Shown: positions 1 through 6,855 of the stretch, piece after piece
How the letters are laid out: every line of letters starts with the position of its first letter
Position numbering within the stretch: position 1 is the first letter of the stretch
Assembly: GCA_020354945.1 (NCBI GenBank)
Contig: CP070655.1
Location: 191,442-202,196, forward strand
Length of the DNA stretch: 10,755 bases
Origin: Candidatus Omnitrophota bacterium
Lineage (GTDB): Bacteria > Omnitrophota > Gorgyraeia > JABMRG01 > JAFGKX01
Reading direction: 5' to 3'
Notes under the pieces: model-generated
Databases searched by the model: none
The model's input: only the letters and a program-made list of their open reading frames with translations
Told to the model about the DNA's origin: nothing
Translations under genes and position numbers: made by a program

Positions 1-106
1 CATTCACCATTGTTCTCAGTATAAATGAGTACGTAGTGTTTGCAGTAGTAGTCCAGTTCAATGTCGCTTGACTAACCGAACCACCACCTGTGATGATGTT
101 TGCGCT
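1..106 (-). other. Headless coding-like reading frame running off the left edge (Thr/Gly/Asn-rich fragment)
   Basis: The minus frame reads SANIITGGGSVSQATLNWTTTANTTYSFILRTMVN from 106 to the window edge. It is preceded by an in-frame TAA (107-109) and has no start codon at its head. Only 35 codons are visible. Confidence 0.25.
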
Positions 107-126
107 TTACGCTACGGAGGGTATCG

Positions 127-669
127 ATGAAAAACATAGTCCTGACCGGTTTTATGGGAACAGGCAAAACAGTTGCAAGTAAGATCATAGCCGAGCGGCT
201 TAAAAGACAACGGTTGTGCCTGGATGATATGATTGAATGGAAAGTAGGCAAACCCATATCTGAAATCTTTGAGCAAGATGGAGAGGCCTATTTTAGGAAA
301 GTAGAAAGCGAAATGGTAGCTTCTGCTTCAAAAGACAAAGATGTCATAATTGATGCAGGAGGCGGCGCGGTAATAAATGAGGTAAATTTTAAACGACTCA
401 AAGAACATGGCATAATTTTCTGTCTTGCCGCTTCAGTTGATGCTATTCTGGAACGCACCAAACACTATATCCATCGGCCCTTACTCAATGTGGCAGATTC
501 TGAGAAGAAAATTTCCGAGTTGTTAGAACAACGGCAAAAGTTTTATCAAAAGGCAGATTATACCATTGACACAACCAATTTAACACCGGAAGAAGTGGCC
601 GATAAAATTATAGAGCGGATGGAATCTTTGGAAAAGGAGCAGAAACCCACCCAGGCGCTATTTACATAA
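127..669 (+). CDS. aroK: Shikimate kinase
   Basis: Motifs: Walker A GFMGTGKT, GEAYFR, GGGAV, RPLL, and the C-terminal RQKFYQKAD. Start moved from the ORF-track TTG (100) to ATG 127 because GGAGG lies at 116-120 and MKNIVLTG is a typical N-terminus. Confidence 0.95.
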   Translation: MKNIVLTGFMGTGKTVASKIIAERLKRQRLCLDDMIEWKVGKPISEIFEQDGEAYFRKVESEMVASASKDKDVIIDAGGGAVINEVNFKRLKEHGIIFCLAASVDAILERTKHYIHRPLLNVADSEKKISELLEQRQKFYQKADYTIDTTNLTPEEVADKIIERMESLEKEQKPTQALFT

Positions 670-670
670 A

Positions 671-1792
671 ATGGAAACGTCCCTATACCTGATGGACAAC
701 ACCACAAAAGACCTAATATTACTCAATAGCATGCCGAACTTTGGTTATAAGAAATTACAGGTTTTACTTGGTAAGTTTGGAAATACCACCAATATGGTGA
801 ATTCAATAAAAGAGGGGACAGTCCCCATTTTTGCCCGCAGGAGAAGAAAAGCAAAAATGGGACAGTCCCCCTTTAACATAGAAGAAGAAATAGAACTTAT
901 AAATAAACAAAATATACATATAGTCACCATTTTTGATAAAAAATATCCCGATAACTTAAAACAGATTCATAGCCCGCCGATAGTTTTGTATGTAAAAGGA
1001 CGAATCGAAGATACAGGCGGGAATACAGTAGCCGTTGTGGGCTCACGCAATTGTACATACTACGGTAAAAATATGACCGGGCGGATTTGTTCTTCTCTCG
1101 CGAAATTAAATATAACTGTTGTATCCGGTATGGCCAGAGGGATAGATACAGTTGCTCATAAAGAGACCCTCACGGCCGGAGGGAAAACAATAGCCATTTT
1201 AGGAAGCGGGCTAAATCGCATATATCCTTCCGAGAATAAAAAACTCTCTGAAAAAATCGCTCAAAATGGAACTCTGATATCAGAGTTTCCCATGAATACC
1301 CCTCCTCTAAAAGAGAATTTCCCTCGAAGGAATAGAATAATAAGCGGTCTATCAAAAGGCGTGGTTGTAACCGAGGCACCGGAGCGAAGCGGAGCTTTAA
1401 TAACAGCCGATTTTGCCCTGGAGCAAGGAAAAGAAGTCTTTGCGGTTCCCGGGGCTTGCAATTCCGACAATTCTAAAGGGTGTAATAATTTAATAAAACA
1501 GGGGGCAAAACTAACTTGTGACGCTTTTGATATTATCGAAGAACTTTTCCCTGAAATTTTAGATAGCCACGCTGCGAAAGAACAATGGGATAGCGAAAAG
1601 AAATTGGCTCTAACAAACATTCCGGCTGATAATAAGAAAGTTTATGAACTTTTATCAGATGAGCCAATTGACATAAACAGCCTGATAGATGAGCTTAACT
1701 TAAGTTCTCAGGAGGTCTCCTCGCGTTTGTTGCATTTGGAACTCGCAGGATTGGTGAAGCAGCTACCTGGAAAGCTGTATGTGAAGAAATAA
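671..1792 (+). CDS. dprA: DNA-processing protein DprA (Smf)
   Basis: Motifs: YPDNLKQIHSPPIVLYVKG, VAVVGSR, VSGMARGIDT, SEFP, FPRRNRIISGLS, SGALITA, VFAVPG, GCNNLIKQGA, and a C-terminal winged helix (LLHLELAGLVKQLPG). Sits directly upstream of topA. ATG 692 (MDNTTKD) is an equally plausible start. Confidence 0.96.
   Translation: METSLYLMDNTTKDLILLNSMPNFGYKKLQVLLGKFGNTTNMVNSIKEGTVPIFARRRRKAKMGQSPFNIEEEIELINKQNIHIVTIFDKKYPDNLKQIHSPPIVLYVKGRIEDTGGNTVAVVGSRNCTYYGKNMTGRICSSLAKLNITVVSGMARGIDTVAHKETLTAGGKTIAILGSGLNRIYPSENKKLSEKIAQNGTLISEFPMNTPPLKENFPRRNRIISGLSKGVVVTEAPERSGALITADFALEQGKEVFAVPGACNSDNSKGCNNLIKQGAKLTCDAFDIIEELFPEILDSHAAKEQWDSEKKLALTNIPADNKKVYELLSDEPIDINSLIDELNLSSQEVSSRLLHLELAGLVKQLPGKLYVKK
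674..688 (+). repeat. 15-bp direct repeat copy 1 (GAAACGTCCCTATAC)
   Basis: 14/15 identical to 1797-1811; ends 3 nt before ATG 692. Confidence 0.6.
814..870. repeat. REP-like palindromic element inside dprA, in frame
   Basis: Left arm GGGGACAGTCCCCATTTTTGC (814-834), right arm GCAAAAATGGGACAGTCCCC (851-870). The arms are inverted with 1 mismatch and 1 bulge, and each contains the self-palindrome GGGAC-A-GTCCC. Confidence 0.8.
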
Positions 1793-1796
1793 GAGA

Positions 1797-1811
1797 GAAA
1801 CGCCCCTATAC
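1797..1811 (+). repeat. 15-bp direct repeat copy 2 (GAAACGCCCCTATAC)
   Basis: 14/15 identical to 674-688; fills most of the dprA-topA gap and ends 1 nt before the topA ATG. Confidence 0.6.
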
Positions 1812-1812
1812 T

Positions 1813-3945
1813 ATGCCAAAATCTCTAGTGATAGTGGAGTCCCCCACCAAAAGCAGGACGATAAGCAAATTTCTAGGCGGAGACTATGAGGTTGTCTCTT
1901 CCATGGGCCATTTGATAGATTTACCTGTTAGCAAGATGGGTGTCGATATAGACAATGGTTTTAAACCTGAATACATCGTGGTAAAAGGACGCAGGAAGAT
2001 ACTCGATGAGCTTAAAAACAAAGCAAAGGGCAAGCCTAAGATATTTCTGGCTACTGACCCTGACCGGGAGGGCGAAGCTATAAGCTGGCATCTGTCCAAT
2101 GAACTTAAGAGCAAAGACACCAAACTGCTGAGAGTCGAATTTCATCAGATTACAAAAGACACTGTAATTGCTGCATTTTTAGCGCCAAGGGATATTGATA
2201 TGAATAGAGTAAATGCCCAACAGGCCAGGCGAATTTTAGATAGAATAGTGGGTTATAGCATTTCGCCGTTGTTATGGAAAAAAATAAGCTATGGATTGAG
2301 CGCAGGCAGAGTGCAATCAGTTGCGGTAAGGCTTATAGTAGAAAGAGAGAAAAAGATAAGAGCATTTATCCCTCAGGAGTATTGGGAAATAGAGGCAAAG
2401 CTCAGGGAAAAACCGGACGCTAAAAAAGAATCATTTAGCGCAAAGCTAGAAAAGATAGATAATAAAAAGGCCCAAATTTCCGATAAACAAAGCGCCGACT
2501 CAATCATTGATGAATTAAAAGGGGCCAAATTTGTTGTCTCTGGCGTAAAACAGACTAAAAAGGTAAGAATGCCATATCCGCCGTATACGACCAGTAAATT
2601 ACAGCAAGGCGCCTATAATAAATTAAAATTTTCTGCAAGTCGCACCATGCGCATTGCCCAGCAGCTATATGAAGGACTGGAGATACCGGATGAAGGGAGC
2701 GTAGGCCTTATAACCTATATGAGAACTGATTCTGTAAATGTTGCTAAATCAGCTCAGGAAGAAGCTGCCTCTTATATTAGCAAAGAGTTCGGTAATAAGT
2801 TCTTACCAAAGATACCGCATAGATTTAAAACCAAGCAAAGGACTCAGGAAGCTCATGAAGCTATAAGGCCAACTTCTGTTTTCAGGGTTCCTGATAAAAT
2901 TAAAGCCTCTCTTAATAACGACCAGTATAAGTTATATAAGCTTATATGGCAACGTTTCCTGCAGAGCCAGATGAGGGCAGCCATATTAAATACCAAAACA
3001 GTTGAAATAACTGCTAAACCGAGTGAAGCCAGGTCTTATATATTTAAAAGTGTCGGCACCCAGATTATATTTGAGGGATTTTTGATATTGACTCCAGAGA
3101 AAGAAAAAAAGGATTATTTGAATATCCCCCAGCTTCTTTTAAATGAAGAATTAAATCTTGTAAAACTTATCCCATCTCAACATTTTACTAAGCCCCTGGC
3201 TAGATATACAGACGCATCTTTGGTAAAAGCCCTGGAAGAGAAAGGAATAGGCCGGCCCAGCACTTATGCACCTATTATCTCTACTGTTATTAGGAGGCAT
3301 TATGTTAAGAAAGAAAAGGGCTCACTTTTTCCTACTTCTCTGGGAGATGTGGTAAACGAGATGCTTGTAAAATTTTTCCCGCATGTTCTTGATGTGAAAT
3401 TTACGGCAAGGATGGAAGATGAACTTGATAAGGTAGAAGAAGGCAGGATGAAATGGCAGGATGTGCTCATAGATTTCTATTCGCCTTTCTCTGACCGGCT
3501 CGCCGTTGCCCAGAAAAAAATGCAGGAGTTAAAAAGGAAAGAACAACCAACCGAATATAAATGTGAACTTTGTGGCAGGCCAATGGTTTTAAAATGGTCA
3601 AGAAGAGGAAGGTTCTTAAGTTGTTCGGGCTACCCAAAATGCAAAAACGCTAAGCCGATAAAGGAAAATCCCGATGGAACCTTTGAAGTTCTGGAGGACG
3701 AGAAGACAGATTATATATGTGATAAATGCGGTAAACCAATGGTCATAAAACATTCAAGATATGGCCGGTTCTTAAGCTGTTCAGGCTATCCAAAATGCAA
3801 AAATGCTAAACCAATACCTACGGGAGTGAAATGCCCTCAACCTGGTTGTGATGGTGAACTTGTGGAAAGATACAACCGGGGGAGAATTTTCTATGCTTGC
3901 TCGAATTACCCAGAATGTAAGTATACCACGAGGAAACTACCTTGA
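1813..3945 (+). CDS. topA: DNA topoisomerase I (type IA) with three C-terminal C4 zinc ribbons
   Basis: Motifs: TOPRIM LVIVESPTK and ATDPDREGEAI, AQQARRILDRIVGY, SAGRVQS, catalytic Tyr in ITYMRTDS, QEAHEAIRPT, GIGRPSTY, and three Cys4 repeats. Confidence 0.98.
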   Translation: MPKSLVIVESPTKSRTISKFLGGDYEVVSSMGHLIDLPVSKMGVDIDNGFKPEYIVVKGRRKILDELKNKAKGKPKIFLATDPDREGEAISWHLSNELKSKDTKLLRVEFHQITKDTVIAAFLAPRDIDMNRVNAQQARRILDRIVGYSISPLLWKKISYGLSAGRVQSVAVRLIVEREKKIRAFIPQEYWEIEAKLREKPDAKKESFSAKLEKIDNKKAQISDKQSADSIIDELKGAKFVVSGVKQTKKVRMPYPPYTTSKLQQGAYNKLKFSASRTMRIAQQLYEGLEIPDEGSVGLITYMRTDSVNVAKSAQEEAASYISKEFGNKFLPKIPHRFKTKQRTQEAHEAIRPTSVFRVPDKIKASLNNDQYKLYKLIWQRFLQSQMRAAILNTKTVEITAKPSEARSYIFKSVGTQIIFEGFLILTPEKEKKDYLNIPQLLLNEELNLVKLIPSQHFTKPLARYTDASLVKALEEKGIGRPSTYAPIISTVIRRHYVKKEKGSLFPTSLGDVVNEMLVKFFPHVLDVKFTARMEDELDKVEEGRMKWQDVLIDFYSPFSDRLAVAQKKMQELKRKEQPTEYKCELCGRPMVLKWSRRGRFLSCSGYPKCKNAKPIKENPDGTFEVLEDEKTDYICDKCGKPMVIKHSRYGRFLSCSGYPKCKNAKPIPTGVKCPQPGCDGELVERYNRGRIFYACSNYPECKYTTRKLP
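3015..3038 (+). repeat. Degenerate GA/GAA mini-hairpin inside topA (encodes KPSEARS)
   Basis: taa-ACC-GA-GT-GAA-GC-CA-GGT-c-tta has the same layout as CC-GA-AC-GAA-GT-GA-GG at 9206-9220, with two disrupting changes. Confidence 0.4.
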
Positions 3946-4808
3946 AGCGCTACATCGATAAATTCATAAGATATCTTCAGATCGAAAGAGAGTCATCGGT
4001 TCATACCATTAGAAATTATACTATTGACCTTTTGGTTTTTGCGGAATTCTTAAAAGATAAAAAGATAGAAGAGGTTGATTATCTAACATTAAGGAAATTC
4101 TTAGCATATCTACGAAGCATCAATTTGAGCAAATCTTCCATTGCCAGGAAGCTCTCTGCATTAAGAAGCTTTTTTAAGTTTTTAGCCAGAGAGGGTTATA
4201 TAAAGACAAACCCGATTTCCGGGTTATCTACACCAAAGAAAGAGAAGAAGCTGCCTGTTTTTATGGAAGAGGAAGAGGTAGCCAAGTTATTAGAGGCCCC
4301 TGGCGATGATTTAACCGGAGCCAGAGATAGTGCTGTATTAGAGGCTCTTTATAGTTCAGGGATGAGGGTATCGGAATTAACCGGCATAAATGTTGATAAT
4401 GTAGACTTTGTTGCCGAAGCAGTAAAATTGTACGGTAAAGGGAAAAAAGAAAGACTCATCCCGATAGGGAAGAAGGCCATTGGGGCAATAAGGAGATATC
4501 GCAATAAACTCCCTGACAAATTTTCATCAAAAGAGGCCTTGTTTTTAAATAAAAGAGGCGGAAGGCTTAGCGATCTTTCAGTTAGGCGTATAGTCAATAA
4601 ATACATTCAAACGGTAACTAAAAAAGAGAATATTTCTCCCCACACCTTAAGGCATTCTTTTGCTACCCACCTTTTAAACAGAGGGGCTGACCTCCGAGCT
4701 GTGCAGGAACTTTTAGGCCATGCCAATCTTTCAACTACCCAGATATATACTCACATAACGACAGAAAGACTCAAGGAGGTCTATGACAAGGCCCATCCTA
4801 GAGCATAG
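3942..4808 (+). CDS. xerC: Tyrosine recombinase XerC (XerC/XerD family)
   Basis: All catalytic residues are present: GMRVSEL, GKGKKER, HTLRHSFATH, LGH, TTQIYTH; C-terminus YDKAHPRA. The TTG start overlaps the topA TGA (TTGA). The dprA-topA-xerC order favours xerC over xerD. Confidence 0.9.
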   Translation: MKRYIDKFIRYLQIERESSVHTIRNYTIDLLVFAEFLKDKKIEEVDYLTLRKFLAYLRSINLSKSSIARKLSALRSFFKFLAREGYIKTNPISGLSTPKKEKKLPVFMEEEEVAKLLEAPGDDLTGARDSAVLEALYSSGMRVSELTGINVDNVDFVAEAVKLYGKGKKERLIPIGKKAIGAIRRYRNKLPDKFSSKEALFLNKRGGRLSDLSVRRIVNKYIQTVTKKENISPHTLRHSFATHLLNRGADLRAVQELLGHANLSTTQIYTHITTERLKEVYDKAHPRA

Positions 4809-4960
4809 CAAAGCCCCCATAGCCAATTCTCGCAGGGACGCAAAAAATCCCCAGCGTGGATTTTTTGCTCTGTCCTCGGCCTCGCTCTTTTTGCCTTCGG
4901 CAAAAAACCATGCCCGCTCGGCCTGCGCAAGCCCTGCTCGAATTGTTATGGGGGCTTTGC
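4808..4960. mobile_element. 153-bp MITE/REP-like non-coding element with ~30-bp imperfect terminal inverted repeats and two internal hairpin arms
   Basis: GCAAAGCCCCCATA (4808-4821) pairs perfectly with 4947-4960, then CAATTC/GAATTG and GCAGGG/CCCTGC. Internal stems: 4840-4850/4858-4868 (11 bp) and 4888-4895/4899-4906 (8 bp). Visibly GC-richer than the flanks. Confidence 0.7.
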
Positions 4961-4967
4961 ACATATT

Positions 4968-6311
4968 ATGTACATACTCTACCAGACATTCTACATAATC
5001 TTCTTTATATTTTATATACTTACCCTTCCTTTTAAGAAGAGACGAAGGAAAGGGATTCCCATGCGGCTGGGAATTTATCCAGATGAGCTTAAAGACAGAC
5101 TCAGCAGGAAGAATAATATCTGGATTCACGCTGTTAGCGTTGGAGAAATTATGGTAGCTAAGATTCTGGTTGATATGATAAAAAAAGATTTAAGTCAGCA
5201 TAATATAGTGATTTCCACAGTTACTGAAACAGGCAATTCAGTTGCCAGGAAGATAATGTCTGCTGATGCAACTATAATATACCTACCTTTGGATATAACT
5301 TTTGCGATAGAGCGTGCTATCGAGCTGATAAGACCTGTTATTTTTATAATAATTGAGACAGAAATCTGGCCAAATTTAATAAGGAGGCTTTATAAAAAGA
5401 GCATACCTATACTTTTATCAAACGGTAGAATCTCCCCCAATTCATACAGGTGGTACCTTTTAATAAAGCCAATTTTGAAAAATATATTAGATTGCATAAC
5501 GTCCTTTTATATGCGGACAGAAGAAGATAGGAATAAAATAATATCACTTGGCGCCGAAGCAGGTAAAGTGGATGTTTCCGGCAATATGAAATTCGACAGT
5601 GTAGACTTTCATATTAATGAAGAAGAAAGAGTGAAAATGTATGAACTCCTGAATCTTGAACATAGAAAACTTATCGTGGCAGGCAGCACCCATCCCGGAG
5701 AAGAAGAGATTATATTAAAAGCCTATGACAGGCTAAAAAAGAAATATAATGATATTTCTCTTTTAATCGCACCGCGCCATATCGAACGTACAGAAGACGT
5801 TGCAAAACTCGTTAAATCCCACAATTTTACGGCAATAAAGATTTCCGAATTAACTTACGACTTACAACTTACAACTGCGAGTGCTCGCACGAATAAGTGC
5901 GAGCAAGCTACGAGCGCCGCCGAGCAGGTGAGGCGGCACAACTATCCTGTATATATCCTCGATACAATCGGCCAACTCAAGCTCTTCTACAGTTTAGCAT
6001 GGATTGTGTTTGTTGGGGGTAGCCTCATAAAACATGGCGGCCAGAACATGATTGAACCTGCTTGTTTTGGTAAACCCATACTCTTTGGTCCATACACATT
6101 CAATTTTAAGGATATCGCTGCCCTTTTTCTTAGCAAAAAGGTGGCTCTTTTAGTGAAGGATGAAGCATCTTTGGCAGAAGCCATCGAAATGATGTATAGG
6201 GACGAAACACTTGCAAAAGATATGGGAGAACGGGTTAAGGGTGTAGTAAGAAATAACCAGGGCGCTGCGGCCAGAACTTATAATGCCATAAAAACTATTT
6301 TACAATATTAG
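4968..6311 (+). CDS. waaA: 3-deoxy-D-manno-octulosonic acid (Kdo) transferase
   Basis: N-terminal membrane anchor plus motifs WIHAVSVGE, STVTETG, YLPLD, ETEIWPN, NGRIS, GNMKFD, AGSTHPGEE, APRHIER, DTIGQL, FVGGSL, GGQNMIEPA. Carries an apparent ~27-aa in-frame insertion. Confidence 0.96.
   Translation: MYILYQTFYIIFFIFYILTLPFKKRRRKGIPMRLGIYPDELKDRLSRKNNIWIHAVSVGEIMVAKILVDMIKKDLSQHNIVISTVTETGNSVARKIMSADATIIYLPLDITFAIERAIELIRPVIFIIIETEIWPNLIRRLYKKSIPILLSNGRISPNSYRWYLLIKPILKNILDCITSFYMRTEEDRNKIISLGAEAGKVDVSGNMKFDSVDFHINEEERVKMYELLNLEHRKLIVAGSTHPGEEEIILKAYDRLKKKYNDISLLIAPRHIERTEDVAKLVKSHNFTAIKISELTYDLQLTTASARTNKCEQATSAAEQVRRHNYPVYILDTIGQLKLFYSLAWIVFVGGSLIKHGGQNMIEPACFGKPILFGPYTFNFKDIAALFLSKKVALLVKDEASLAEAIEMMYRDETLAKDMGERVKGVVRNNQGAAARTYNAIKTILQY
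5852..5943 (+). repeat. Heptamer tandem repeat plus 61-bp double-hairpin element inside waaA
   Basis: AACTTAC GACTTAC AACTTAC AACT (5852-5876) is followed by GC-rich 5877-5937, with stems TGCTCGCAC/GTGCGAGCA and GCCGCC/GGCGGC. ACAACT lies on both sides (5871-5876, 5938-5943). Confidence 0.8.
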
Positions 6312-6326
6312 TATATATGTTATAAT
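6299..6326 (+). promoter_or_regulatory. Putative sigma70 promoter for the CBS-antiporter pair
   Basis: TTTACA (6299-6304), a 16-bp spacer, and an extended -10 TGtTATAAT (6318-6326). The SD AGGAG at 6366-6370 precedes ATG 6379. Confidence 0.6.
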
Positions 6327-6378
6327 AAACTACTCTTTCTCCGAACAAAATCGGAAATGTTCCTCAGGAGTAAATATT

Positions 6379-6855
6379 ATGAAAGTAAAAGATTGCATGA
6401 CAAAGGATGTTGTTACTGTAAAGAGATCCACCAACCTGACCGAATTAATAGAAATATTCCGTAAATACAATTTTCATACATTACCGGTTGTGGAAGATGG
6501 CAATAAAATAGTTGGGATAGTAACATTTGAGGATATCCTGAAGGTTTTTCAACCCTATAGTCAGCAGATGGTCAAAATGCTGGAGACTATACCATTTGTA
6601 GAAAAGATGGAAGAGGAAGATATTTTGCTTGCCGATATATCCAGCGGAATGGGTGTACTGGTCGTAGTAGATGATTTTATGAATACCCGTTTTGTTACTA
6701 TAAAACGACAGGCACCTATAAAGGAGGCCCGTTCTCAAATGAGACTGCATAACATTGAAATGCTTCCAGTGGTAGAAAATGGCACCCTCGTAGGAATCGT
6801 AACCTTATTCGATATTATTATATCTGTATTTAAGCAAAAGGGCGTTATTAAATGA
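6379..6855 (+). CDS. Stand-alone CBS-domain pair (Bateman module) protein
   Basis: Two CBS repeats: MKVKDCMTKDVVTV...TLPVVEDGNKIVGIVTFEDIL and VDDFMNTRFVTI...MLPVVENGTLVGIVTLFDII. Good SD. Confidence 0.9.
   Translation: MKVKDCMTKDVVTVKRSTNLTELIEIFRKYNFHTLPVVEDGNKIVGIVTFEDILKVFQPYSQQMVKMLETIPFVEKMEEEDILLADISSGMGVLVVVDDFMNTRFVTIKRQAPIKEARSQMRLHNIEMLPVVENGTLVGIVTLFDIIISVFKQKGVIK

Noticed and set aside
100-126. ORF-track N-terminal extension of aroK (TTG 100)
   Set aside because: The strong GGAGG at 116-120 points to ATG 127, and the extension is not kinase-like.
1379-1395. CCGGAGCGAAGCGGAGC, a GCGAAGC mini-hairpin in dprA resembling the GA/GAA elements
   Set aside because: It encodes part of the conserved EAxxxSGALITA motif with no indel, and the flanks do not pair.
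4808-4960. Integron attC site or dif site next to the tyrosine recombinase
   Set aside because: No RYYYAAC/GTTRRRY boxes and no dif-like arms; the recombinase looks like housekeeping XerC with no IntI-specific insertion.
4803-4965. GCATA/ACATA as a 5-bp target-site duplication of the 153-bp element
   Set aside because: The match is imperfect, and removing the element plus one copy would destroy the stop after the conserved XerC HPRA terminus.
4731-5129. ORFs 4731-5129 (-) and 4783-4998 (+) spanning the xerC-waaA gap
   Set aside because: They overlap real genes, show no recognisable motifs, and are explained by the stop-poor GC-rich palindromic element.
5852-5943. CRISPR array or waaA pseudogene
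   Set aside because: There is no repeat-spacer periodicity, the frame is intact, and conserved motifs continue on both sides.
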